DNA of 64,000 nt from a virus: positions 30,884 through 94,883 of IMG/VR virus record IMGVR_UViG_3300037261_000012. One strand, written 5' to 3'. The first letter of the stretch is position 1, and every line of letters begins with the position of its first letter. Both the position numbers and the translations under genes were made by a program. The notes beneath the pieces were generated by a model. The model saw only the letters and a list, made by a program, of their open reading frames with translations, was not told the origin of the DNA and ran no database searches. Below are positions 17,476 through 25,740 of the stretch, in pieces.

Positions 17476-19452
17476 ATGTTCCTGACTAAAGACTCACAAG
17501 AGATTCAGAACCTTTCTGATGAAGACCTTCGCATACTCCTTGGTGGTAAAGGAGCAGGGCTGGTGCAAATGATTAATGCCGGTGTTAATGTTCCTCCCTT
17601 CGTAGTTTTACCTACTACTGTGTGGAAGGAGTACAGCAAAGCACCAAAAACAACTATGAAGGCTATATCTCAGGAGATTAACTCAATACTTACTAATTTC
17701 AAGAAGCAAATTGGGTATATCCCTTTAGTATCTATTAGGTCTGGTGCGCGTGTAAGCTGCCCCGGAATGTTAGACACGATCTTGAATGTTGGGCTTGATA
17801 TTACAACCCAGGACTTCTGGATGAGCAAGCTTGGCAAAGAGTGCTACGAGAACAGCCTGCACCGGTTGGTTACCATGTATGGTTCAGTGGTGAAAGGAAT
17901 CGACAGGAAGGAATTGGAGCAATGCACTCCTGCTGCTGCGTTCGAACTCTATCAGCGCCGGTCTGGTGAGGTGTTCCCATTCGTGAAGTACCAGATCATC
18001 GGAGCCATAGAAGCCGTGCTAAAAAGCTGGAACAACGAGCGCGCAAAGTATTACCGCAAGATGCACAATATTCCTGAAACATGGGGTACAGCCGTGGTAA
18101 TACAAGCCATGGTGTTCGGCAATCTTAATGATCAATCAGGTACGGGAGTTCTTTTTACACGCAATCCTGATAGTGGTGCCAATGCTATCACAGGGGAATT
18201 CTTGATAAACGCTCAAGGTGAGGACGTGGTTGCTGGGATCAGGACTCCGATGCCGTTGCACAAGCTGGCTGAGTGGAACAAGCTGGTGTCTGACGAACTT
18301 GCTTCAGTTGTGGAGAAACTGGAGAAATCCAAGCAGGATGTTCAAGACGTGGAATTTACGATCCAGGATGGCAAGCTGTTCATTCTGCAAACTAGGAATG
18401 CCAAGCGGAGTGCCAAAGCAGCCATCAGGATTGCCCTGGACATGGTGAAAGAGGGCTTGATTTCAGCAAATGTGGCCGTAGGTCGCGTGACTGCCAGAGA
18501 TATGGATTTGGTGCAAATGAATGTGATTAGCCCGAAATTCAAGAATGTACCTGCCTTTACTGGAATAGGAGCGTGCAGTGGAGTAGTTACTGGGGTGCCA
18601 GTGTTCAGCACGGCAGATGCGGTAGCCAGCAAGGTTCCGTGTATCCTCATTACCCAAGAAACCACGCCGGAAGACATCGCAGGAATGGATGCAGCGGTTG
18701 GAATACTGACTATGACCGGTGGAACAACCAGCCACGCTGCTGTTGTTGCGCGGGGGATGAACAAGCCATGTGTAGTGGGTTTGGGCGTTGGCCTTAGTGA
18801 ATTAGCCAATTATGCATGGGAGAAGGTTAGCATCTGCGGTGAGACAGGACGAGTGTGGTTCATGGAAGTTCCTGTTACTAATGGCAGCCAGAATGGAGAC
18901 CTTGCTGAGTTCAAGGCCATGGTGATTGCTGCCCTTGGAATCATTCCGGTGGTTACTGATCCTACCACTCAGTGCAAGGAAATGATGCTTGATTTGAGCA
19001 ATGAAACAAACATAGCCAGAGCACAATTGCTGGTGATGAAAGCGGCTGGTATGTGCGAGATGCTGTACGTGGACTTCCGCAAGGAGAACTTGCCGGAAGC
19101 CAGCCAGTCCTTCAACCGGATGTACGGGTCAACTACATTAGAGCAATCTATAGTGGATGCTGTCTGCAATCAATTGCAGTCCGTAGCCCCCTCTGGGTGG
19201 GAAGTCCACATCAAGGTAATGGTGAGCAATGGGATCAAAACAACCATGCCAATGATCGGAACTATGGACGACATCAAGAGTCTGATTCTTGCTAAAGGTA
19301 GTGTGGTGGTTGGCGGGGAAGACCTGGATGCGGCCACTAAGAAAGTGCTTGAGTGGAAAAAGGCTGAAGGGTTGGAGTTAATGTCAGTTGGAGGGTACAT
19401 GCCTGGAGTCAAATCTGTCCTCTCAATTGAGCAGGCAATGCAGATAGAGTAA
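17476..19452 (+). CDS. PPDK-like protein: ATP-grasp and phospho-His swivel domains, no PEP/pyruvate barrel
   Basis: LLGGKGA, LVSIRSGA..SCPGMLDTILNVG, QAMVFGN, SGTGVLFTRNP, NAQGEDVVAGIRTP, DVEFTI, LQTR, GGTTSHAAVVARG; unrecognised C-terminal ~190 aa. Confidence 0.9.
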   Translation: MFLTKDSQEIQNLSDEDLRILLGGKGAGLVQMINAGVNVPPFVVLPTTVWKEYSKAPKTTMKAISQEINSILTNFKKQIGYIPLVSIRSGARVSCPGMLDTILNVGLDITTQDFWMSKLGKECYENSLHRLVTMYGSVVKGIDRKELEQCTPAAAFELYQRRSGEVFPFVKYQIIGAIEAVLKSWNNERAKYYRKMHNIPETWGTAVVIQAMVFGNLNDQSGTGVLFTRNPDSGANAITGEFLINAQGEDVVAGIRTPMPLHKLAEWNKLVSDELASVVEKLEKSKQDVQDVEFTIQDGKLFILQTRNAKRSAKAAIRIALDMVKEGLISANVAVGRVTARDMDLVQMNVISPKFKNVPAFTGIGACSGVVTGVPVFSTADAVASKVPCILITQETTPEDIAGMDAAVGILTMTGGTTSHAAVVARGMNKPCVVGLGVGLSELANYAWEKVSICGETGRVWFMEVPVTNGSQNGDLAEFKAMVIAALGIIPVVTDPTTQCKEMMLDLSNETNIARAQLLVMKAAGMCEMLYVDFRKENLPEASQSFNRMYGSTTLEQSIVDAVCNQLQSVAPSGWEVHIKVMVSNGIKTTMPMIGTMDDIKSLILAKGSVVVGGEDLDAATKKVLEWKKAEGLELMSVGGYMPGVKSVLSIEQAMQIE

Positions 19453-19453
19453 G

Positions 19454-19482
19454 TTGTAGGTAGTTACATTTTCGAGTACAAT
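19454..19482 (+). promoter_or_regulatory. class II (GGTAG) promoter
   Basis: TTGTAG-17-TACAAT containing GGTAG. Confidence 0.55.
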
Positions 19483-19508
19483 TGGTAGGATAAAGTAGGA
19501 GTCCTACC

Positions 19509-19976
19509 TTGCGAACGGAGTGCCCGAAGTGTGCTAGTGAAAGTGCCCATTATATAAAGAGTGGGCCTGATTTGGTGCTTCGCTGTATGTGTGGGTATTA
19601 CAAAGTAGTCTTCACTATGTTGGGTACCATACAGACAGCTACTGTGGAGTCAGGTATAGATGTGAAGTTGCCGAAACCGAAGTCAAATCTACATAAGACT
19701 TTAATGGTGGTTTCAATACTGGATGAGCCTTCCAGTGCAGAGGCAACAGAAAGAATGCAGGATTTGGGAGTATATCGTAATGTGTCTGATGTGAGTTCCT
19801 ACCTTACGATATTACGCTCAAAAGGATTGGTTGAAACCGTGGTAGTCAGACGCGGGATGCTTGGAGGCTCCACTTGGAGATTGACGGCAGCCTCATTGAA
19901 GTTGCTGAACATAGAGTGTGCAAGGAGTGAAAATGGCGCTTACACAAGACAAGCTGAGAGAGCTAACCAAGTATGA
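19509..19976 (+). CDS. Zn-ribbon plus winged-helix DNA-binding protein
   Basis: CPKC...CMCG; VSSYLTILRSKGLVE...GGSTWRLT. Confidence 0.7.
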   Translation: MRTECPKCASESAHYIKSGPDLVLRCMCGYYKVVFTMLGTIQTATVESGIDVKLPKPKSNLHKTLMVVSILDEPSSAEATERMQDLGVYRNVSDVSSYLTILRSKGLVETVVVRRGMLGGSTWRLTAASLKLLNIECARSENGAYTRQAERANQV

Positions 19977-19993
19977 CCTAGTAGGGGTTTATC

Positions 19994-20497
19994 ATCGCTC
20001 TTACTAAAGAAAGACTTAAAGAACTAATAACATATGATCCCATAACTGGGGTTATGACTTGGCTTGTTTCACCTAGAGCAAATGTAAAAGTAGGAGACAT
20101 TGCTGGTTCTGTAGATGGCAACGGCAGGCTTATGATTATGATTGATCAAGTAAGTTATTATGCGAGCCGATTAATTTGGTTGTATATGGTAGGGCAGTGG
20201 CCTGTAGGTGATGTTGATCACAAAGATAGAAAACCATTAAATAATAAGTGGGATAATCTTCGGGATGTCCCACATGCAATCAATTGCCAGAATCGATCAT
20301 TAGCGGTAACCAACAAATCAGGACAGACAGGGGTGTATTGGAACGCTCTTGAAAAGAAGTGGAAAGTACAGATTAAAGCCAATAAAGTGAAAAGAAACCT
20401 TGGAACCTTTTCTGAGTTTGAGGGTGCTGTTGCGGCTAGGCTTGCTGCTGAAGCTAAGTATTTTCAACCTGTTTATGGAGAATATCTTGGCTCTTAG
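19994..20497 (+). CDS. HNH-AP2 homing endonuclease (start codon uncertain)
   Basis: LTKERLKELITYDP.TG, DH.D....NN...NLR, NKSG.TGV.W, LG.F...E.A..AR. Confidence 0.85.
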   Translation: MALTKERLKELITYDPITGVMTWLVSPRANVKVGDIAGSVDGNGRLMIMIDQVSYYASRLIWLYMVGQWPVGDVDHKDRKPLNNKWDNLRDVPHAINCQNRSLAVTNKSGQTGVYWNALEKKWKVQIKANKVKRNLGTFSEFEGAVAARLAAEAKYFQPVYGEYLGS

Positions 20498-20753
20498 CAT
20501 AGGAGTTACGAGAGGCAGTAGGATTAGAGTTGGCCAGTCCATGGTCAAGGTAGAGGAGATCGTTCAGGATGTGGCGGTCACTCTATCAGTGGATGGCGGC
20601 AAGAAATTCATGATCACGGACTCCGAGCGCACGCAGATTATCCCTGAGGTGTTCGTCCAGCTTGGACTGAATCACCGCAGTAGTGGAACAAACAGTAGTC
20701 GCCTTGCGTTTGAAGCCCCCTTTTCTATAAAAATAAACAGAATAAGACAATAA
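20487..20753 (+). CDS. CsrA/RsmA-like protein
   Basis: MAL.I....G..I.VG ... RLAFEAP..IKI.R; GGAG RBS before TTG. Confidence 0.6.
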   Translation: MALSIGVTRGSRIRVGQSMVKVEEIVQDVAVTLSVDGGKKFMITDSERTQIIPEVFVQLGLNHRSSGTNSSRLAFEAPFSIKINRIRQ

Positions 20754-20886
20754 TGGACGCACGTTTCTACAGTTTGGAGTTCTGCGTTATCCTGGCTTGT
20801 ATCCTTCCTGACGACCCGTTAATTGTGGTAGGGACAGGTGAAGAACTTGGAATTATCATGGATAACATCGCGCAGGATGACAACCT

Positions 20887-21180
20887 ATGAACATCGGGCC
20901 AAGAGTCCTGGAGGTGATGCAGCACTATGGCATCAGCAAGGACGAGCTTGAGCAGATGGTGCAGAGAGCAGCTATTACCAGTCAGGAAGGTGGCAACAGG
21001 AAATTCCATACCTGGATATTCAACGTCCATGATGGTGCTGTGGTAAGCATGAGACCAGTTGAAAAGACCGTGGTAGGAAAGGACAAAGGTAATGGAGTCC
21101 AGCACGAAGACTGCGATAAATGTGATGGATTCGGGTGTAAAGATTGCGGGTGGTGGGGACACATAATTAGGTACATTTAG
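20887..21180 (+). CDS. hypothetical protein with C-terminal CxxCxGxGCxxC finger
   Basis: CDKCDGFGCKDC. Confidence 0.7.
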   Translation: MNIGPRVLEVMQHYGISKDELEQMVQRAAITSQEGGNRKFHTWIFNVHDGAVVSMRPVEKTVVGKDKGNGVQHEDCDKCDGFGCKDCGWWGHIIRYI

Positions 21181-21183
21181 GGC

Positions 21184-21212
21184 TTGACAGATCACCAGAC
21201 TTGTGGGAAAAT
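21184..21212 (+). promoter_or_regulatory. early promoter repeat, copy 11 (upstream of the RNA gene cluster)
   Basis: TTGACA-17-GAAAAT. Confidence 0.85.
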
Positions 21213-21287
21213 CACCCTAGATGACCAATGGAGTGTGTGTAAGTAACCGTGCAATCAATTGCAGTAATTACCAAGGAGTGGTATAAC

Positions 21288-21443
21288 GTGAGCTATAAGA
21301 GCACGCAGGACAAAGAGAAACTGGAATACCCATGGACTGCCCGCCAGAAGCGTGACAAGATCGGGCGTGGAGCTAAGAAGCGTGATAAAAAGATGCAGAA
21401 AGTAAAGATTAAGAAGGGCCAGGCTAAGACCAAGCCCAAGTAA
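21288..21443 (+). CDS. small, very basic protein
   Basis: AAGGAGTG RBS, GTG start; K/R-rich; a shifted frame continues SKELAKRHAKRVAKKAK. Confidence 0.6.
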   Translation: MSYKSTQDKEKLEYPWTARQKRDKIGRGAKKRDKKMQKVKIKKGQAKTKPK

Positions 21444-21496
21444 AGAACTTGCAAAACGCCACGCGAAAAGGGTGGCAAAGAAAGCAAAGTAATTAT

Positions 21497-21573
21497 AGCG
21501 GGATAGCGCAGCATGGTAGAGCGCCAGGCTCATAACCTGGAGGTCGATGGTTCGAATCCATCTCCCGCTACCA
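21497..21573 (+). tRNA. tRNA-Met(CAT)
   Basis: AGCGGGA/TCCCGCT stem, CCAGG-CTCATAA-CCTGG, GGTTCGAATCC, CCA. Confidence 0.92.
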
Positions 21574-21580
21574 GATTTAT

Positions 21581-21658
21581 AGTAAGATGGCAGAGTGGCC
21601 AAATGCAACGGACTGCAAATCCGTAAAGTCGTCGGTTCGAATCCGACTCTTACTTCCA
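21581..21658 (+). tRNA. tRNA-Cys(GCA)
   Basis: AGTAAGA/TCTTACT, ACGGA-CTGCAAA-TCCGT, U73, CCA. Confidence 0.92.
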
Positions 21659-21682
21659 AGATATTGTTGTAAGCCTTCTTAT

Positions 21683-22040
21683 TTCGTCGTTCGAAGGCTG
21701 GAGTTGCTGAGATAGGTGTGCAAGAAGGCGGTTTGACTCCGCCCAGGTCCACCAGATGTGCATTGATTGGCTGAAGGGTTACCCAACAAGTCCAAAGGGA
21801 GATTAGTAAGCCTGTGTACACAGGACGAACATCCTAGAGGTCAGGTAAGCATGGCAAGGTCAATGTACATCTGATGGGCCTGTCCCGATTTCGATTGTGC
21901 ATCGACGGCAGTGAGGACAACACGACAAGGGCGTATCCCGATCACCAATACCCGCCAACGATAGCGAGTATTTTCCGGCACTGCGTCTCGCGGCGTAAGA
22001 CGGACGGGGTTCCCAGAACCTTGTAACCAAAGATGGGTGG
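21683..22040 (+). ncRNA. ssrA: circularly permuted two-piece tmRNA (outer ends approximate)
   Basis: Acceptor piece ends CAGGTCCACCA at 21754; coding piece starts GGGCCTG at 21876 (G3.U70 pair); tag ANDSEYFPALRLAA* at 21954-21998. Confidence 0.9.
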
Positions 22041-22166
22041 TGATGCCTCGAAAGAGGACATCATCAGAAGTACAAATATAGGCTCACACCGGTAATGCGG
22101 GATTCAAAGCCCACCACTGGTGCCACCCTGAAGCCTTTAGTAAGGTTGCTTTGTATTTCTGATGAT

Positions 22167-22258
22167 GGAAAGTTGACCGAGTGGTAAGGTAGCGGTTTGC
22201 TAAACCGTAGTCGGCACATAATATGGCCGCACACGTTCGATCCGTGTACTTTCCGCCA
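22167..22258 (+). tRNA. tRNA-Ser(GCT)
   Basis: GGAAAGT/ACTTTCC, long variable arm, G73, CCA. Confidence 0.9.
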
Positions 22259-22435
22259 AGTATTATGTTGGTAGGTAGTAGATGATATGGGTGGTAGTGC
22301 CAAGTTGCCCTTACGATAAGCTACTGGTAGTCCAGCAAACCCGGTGCCTATGTGGGTGCCGGGAACATAAGATAAGGAAAGTGTAGCTCAATTTTTAATG
22401 GAGTGAATCAATATTCTAAATTTGGAAAGAAATAT

Positions 22436-22520
22436 GGAGGATAGCGTCAGAGGGGACAAACAGACTTGAAATCTGTCGCCATCCGAAAGGTTGAGAGTTC
22501 GACTCTTTTATCCTCCACCA
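22436..22520 (+). tRNA. tRNA-Ser(TGA), possible 8/4 fold
   Basis: GGAGGATA/TATCCTCC, ACAGA-CTTGAAA-TCTGT, long variable arm, CCA. Confidence 0.8.
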
Positions 22521-22528
22521 TGAACGAT

Positions 22529-22604
22529 GGTGACTGCAATGTGCTGGAGCGCAGGTTGGGCTGTGAACCCGACAGTTTGGGTTCAATTCCCAACAGCCAC
22601 CCCA
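22529..22604 (+). tRNA. tRNA-His(GTG)
   Basis: G-1:C73, anticodon loop CTGTGAA, TTGGG/CCCAA T-stem, CCA; short D-loop. Confidence 0.85.
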
Positions 22605-22611
22605 GGAACAC

Positions 22612-22686
22612 GGCTCTGTAGCTGAGACATGATTAGCGCGACTTTGAAAAGGTCGAGAGATTGGACGGTACCAATCGGAGCCACCA
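22612..22686 (+). tRNA. tRNA-Phe(GAA) with atypical T-loop
   Basis: GGCTCTG/CGGAGCC, CGACT-TTGAAAA-GGTCG, CCA. Confidence 0.75.
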
Positions 22687-22694
22687 AGTATTAA

Positions 22695-22765
22695 GCGGGT
22701 GTCATTGTGGAATGTAATGGCCTTCCAAGCCAGGAAAGTAGGTTCGACACCTATCACCCGCTCCA
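22695..22765 (+). tRNA. tRNA-Gly(TCC)
   Basis: GCGGGTG/CACCCGC, CTTCCAA loop, U73, CCA; short D-arm. Confidence 0.85.
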
Positions 22766-22784
22766 GTATTAGCAGTAGAATTAC

Positions 22785-22858
22785 GGGTTGGTAGCTCAAT
22801 GGTAGAGCATCGGTCTCCAAAACCGAGGACTGAGGATCGTAACCTTACCGGCCTGCCA
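22785..22858 (+). tRNA. tRNA-Trp(CCA)
   Basis: TCGGT-CTCCAAA-ACCGA, G73, CCA; T-loop ATCGTAA. Confidence 0.85.
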
Positions 22859-22865
22859 AGTATTA

Positions 22866-22940
22866 CTGGGTGTAGCGCAGCCTGGTCAGCGTTTCCGGCC
22901 TGGAACCGGAAGGTCGTTGGTTCGAATCCAACCACCCAGA
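22866..22940 (+). tRNA. tRNA-Pro(TGG), no encoded CCA
   Basis: CTGGGTG/CACCCAG, TCCGG-CCTGGAA-CCGGA, GGTTCGAATCC. Confidence 0.88.
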
Positions 22941-23062
22941 CACGACCGAAATCAGACTCTCAATGGAGAAGTCGATGAAGAAGCAATTGCAGTTAGGCAT
23001 GAGAAGTATTTGCGTAATGGTAACTAAACAGCATTTTGTGATGTTCAACGCACGGAGGAAGT

Positions 23063-23473
23063 ATGAAAAGTACAGCAGTAGCAGAGTGGTCTTTCCCTAC
23101 TGAGGTGAACCACCCTAAGAAAATAGCCGCAGCAATGGAGGCTGCGGTCAAGCATAGCCAAAAAATAGAGAGGAAGTATCTGGAGGAAGGGTGGGCAAAA
23201 GCTCATGGTCTTCAGTATGTCCATCTGCGTGGATATGATATTTTTGGTAAACTGTGCTCAAATGGTGGATTGACCATAGCTTATGTAAAGCCCAAGCACG
23301 ATTACCAGAATGTGGTACTTATTTCCACCGGCTTGTGCAATCCAATTGACTCGTTCTACAAGGAAGATGGGCGTTTCTATGCCGCCAGGGAATTTGCATC
23401 TGGACATTACATAAAGGTGCGTGTTCCTGGTGGTTACGGGGTGGCAGAATATCTGATGCTCATGTTCGATTGA
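23063..23473 (+). CDS. hypothetical phage protein
   Basis: GGAGG RBS; GGLTIAY...C.P.D.F.K..GR pattern. Confidence 0.8.
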   Translation: MKSTAVAEWSFPTEVNHPKKIAAAMEAAVKHSQKIERKYLEEGWAKAHGLQYVHLRGYDIFGKLCSNGGLTIAYVKPKHDYQNVVLISTGLCNPIDSFYKEDGRFYAAREFASGHYIKVRVPGGYGVAEYLMLMFD

Positions 23474-23564
23474 TGGTCGAACAGTCGGTGAATCTGATTC
23501 ATTTACTGGAACTCCATTTGGAACCTGCCGATTATAAGCGTTTCCCCGGCCGGTCGCGGCACCA

Positions 23565-23641
23565 AGGCAGTGTAGCTCAGTTGGTAGAGCAAGAGCCTTC
23601 TAAGCTCTGTGTCGAAGGTTCGATTCCTTCACTGGCTACCA
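23565..23641 (+). tRNA. tRNA-Arg(TCT), imperfect acceptor stem
   Basis: TAGCTCAGTTGGTAGAGC, AGAGC-CTTCTAA-GCTCT, GGTTCGATTCC, CCA. Confidence 0.85.
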
Positions 23642-23649
23642 GATTAAAT

Positions 23650-23724
23650 GGGCCGGTAACTCACTGGTGAGAGTTTCGTCCTCATAAGGCGAGAGGGGTG
23701 GATCGTAACCACCACGGCCCACCA
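23650..23724 (+). tRNA. tRNA-Ile2/Met(CAT)
   Basis: GGGCCG/CGGCCC, TCGTC-CTCATAA-GGCGA, CCA; T-loop ATCGTAA. Confidence 0.8.
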
Positions 23725-23728
23725 AGGT

Positions 23729-23775
23729 AAATAGTGAAGAAAGTGCTTGACAGATCGGGTGAATTGTGGGAAACT
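23729..23775 (+). promoter_or_regulatory. early promoter repeat, copy 12
   Basis: AAATAG...TTGACA(23747)-17-GAAACT; palindrome at 23787. Confidence 0.85.
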
Positions 23776-23822
23776 CCTCTATGAAGTGCAATCAATTGCA
23801 GTGCTAACCAAAGGAGTGGAAG

Positions 23823-24131
23823 ATGAAGATTGTGTTTGGTAATATCCCGCCGAGAACAAAACTTCTAAGATTAACTGAGGTTGGTGAAGTTGTTATGCGT
23901 ACAGGGGTTGGATGCACATAATCTAAATCTTTTAGTATTGGATGTCAAGGAGACATCATAATGCGGGCAGTAGCATGTGATGTTACACGAAAAGCCATTG
24001 AAAGAACTCGCAGTGAACCATGGCGAGATACCTACGTTGTTAATCTTAAGACCGGCAGCGCCTGGTTTGCTGATGGCAACGAACAAGTCATTCCGATGAA
24101 AGCAGTCCTGGGCGTGGAGAAAGACCAGTGA
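23823..24131 (+). pseudogene. fragmented small gene or genes
   Basis: AAGGAGTG RBS; protein-like sequence continues across two frame changes and ends ...VVNLKTGSAWFADGNEQVIPMKAVLGVEKDQ. Confidence 0.4.
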
Positions 24132-24628
24132 AAGTAGGACTAGGTACACTAAAAATGCCTCTTTGGTTTGGGCGCTATGCTGTCGTTACTGGTGGCCCGT
24201 ACTACGACTGCCCGCGCTATATGTTTGGCGTGAAGATGGCGGAAGAAATACGTGCGCCCAATCAAGTGAGTGTGCCTACTAGGGACTTTGGTGTGCCGAA
24301 GACCTCTGCCCTTGACAATGGAGTAAAGTTGACCGTGCAAGCGGTATTGTCGGGGCAGCAGGTCTACGTTGGCTGCATGGGGGGTAAAGGAAGAACTGGA
24401 TTGTTCTTAGCTGTGTTGGCCAAAGCTTTTGGGGTAAAGAACCCAGTTGAATATGTCAGAAAGCATTACTATGAACACGCGGTGGAAACCAAAGAACAGT
24501 ATGCTTTCGTCACCCACTATCAAGTGCCACGCCAGGTGCTTCTGAGTATCAGCCTGAGCAAGTGCCTGTCGTTCATGCGCCCAAAGAACATAACTTCCAC
24601 TATCAATCACAATGATGATTGGAAATAG
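24128..24628 (+). CDS. PTP/dual-specificity phosphatase-like protein
   Basis: Cx5R loop GCMGGKGRTG; YVRK.Y..HAVET.EQ. Confidence 0.88.
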   Translation: MKVGLGTLKMPLWFGRYAVVTGGPYYDCPRYMFGVKMAEEIRAPNQVSVPTRDFGVPKTSALDNGVKLTVQAVLSGQQVYVGCMGGKGRTGLFLAVLAKAFGVKNPVEYVRKHYYEHAVETKEQYAFVTHYQVPRQVLLSISLSKCLSFMRPKNITSTINHNDDWK

Positions 24629-24669
24629 TTGCGAAAGTGCTTGACAGACGGGCCTGATTGTGGGAAACT
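24623..24669 (+). promoter_or_regulatory. early promoter repeat, copy 13
   Basis: AAATAG...TTGACA(24641)-17-GAAACT. Confidence 0.85.
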
Positions 24670-24702
24670 GTCTTATGGTTATTTCAATACAATGGAGTGT
24701 TA

Positions 24703-25740
24703 GTGAAATACCTTCCTAAGAATACTAGGGCGTACTTCCAGGCAGCACCGCAATATGCGTTGCATAACCTCGCTGAAGTGCCCTGTTCTACCTTAGCGTT
24801 AGCTACCAGGAAATACCGTGGTGACACTAAAACAAAACCATCACCATTGCCTGATTGTGAGGCTGTGAATTTCTATGCCCTCAATCATTGCGCTGCCTTG
24901 GTAAGGAAGATGTTCACGATGAATGAGGTTCTCCCATCTTGGGCAGAAAACGTGATGACCAACTACCAGATAGAACTGGTAGAGCAAGCAGAGCGACTTA
25001 CCCATTACATCATTTGTGTAATAGTGCGGGAGGCTCGTCATTGGCACTCACCATCAATTAGTCTTTCAAAAGCCGTGGCCACCAAATTTGGCCAGCCGGT
25101 GTTGGACTTCCTGAACTTGAATCGCTCATCTACTGAGACTGCGTCGGTCAATAATTATATGAACAATCCCCCTGATACCACGCTGATAAAGCTGGTGGGG
25201 GGGTTGGCCCACATTTATGACTTTGGACAATGGAGTGGTGGGTATGGTGGTAAAGCATGGGGCATGATAGCCAAGACTCTACTTTCAGTGTTGGAGGGCA
25301 AAACAACTATAGAAATGATGGTGGACACTGCCTACACCTTGGCGCACAACAATGGCCCGATGTTCAACAAAGGGATGTTGTACCAGAATTACAATGGTAA
25401 GTACTTTATCATGATACTGGATGTTCAGCGTAGTGGCCAAATACCTGAATTGATGCTGGAGAAAGGTGAGGTTGGCTTCGAGTACAATCCTTCAGTGGTG
25501 AATGTGATCAAGGAAGTGAAAGCTGCTGTGCCTGGAGCATTTGGAACTTACGTTGACTGGTTCAAAGTCACAGCCCTTGGTGCCGTTGGACATTATGGCC
25601 CGCAGCAAGCTAATCAACAGAAAAAGCATCCGAAGGAAGTTGAATTCCCCAAGTTCCTTGGCCAGAAAGCCAAGAACATCGGAGAATGGGATGTATTCCC
25701 TGGTCAGTCCGTGCAGGTCTTCGAAAGGGTGAAAGCATGA
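24703..25740 (+). CDS. enzyme-like hypothetical protein (EARH, W.GGYGGKAW, D....AHNNG..FNK)
   Basis: 345 aa from the GTG after the GGAGTG RBS. Confidence 0.8.
   Translation: MKYLPKNTRAYFQAAPQYALHNLAEVPCSTLALATRKYRGDTKTKPSPLPDCEAVNFYALNHCAALVRKMFTMNEVLPSWAENVMTNYQIELVEQAERLTHYIICVIVREARHWHSPSISLSKAVATKFGQPVLDFLNLNRSSTETASVNNYMNNPPDTTLIKLVGGLAHIYDFGQWSGGYGGKAWGMIAKTLLSVLEGKTTIEMMVDTAYTLAHNNGPMFNKGMLYQNYNGKYFIMILDVQRSGQIPELMLEKGEVGFEYNPSVVNVIKEVKAAVPGAFGTYVDWFKVTALGAVGHYGPQQANQQKKHPKEVEFPKFLGQKAKNIGEWDVFPGQSVQVFERVKA

Noticed and set aside
22081-22135. Additional tRNA gene
   Set aside because: It has pairing potential but no complete cloverleaf, T-loop or CCA end
22436-22520. Selenocysteine or opal-suppressor tRNA
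   Set aside because: The anticodon is TGA (reads Ser UCA), not TCA; no sel genes are seen
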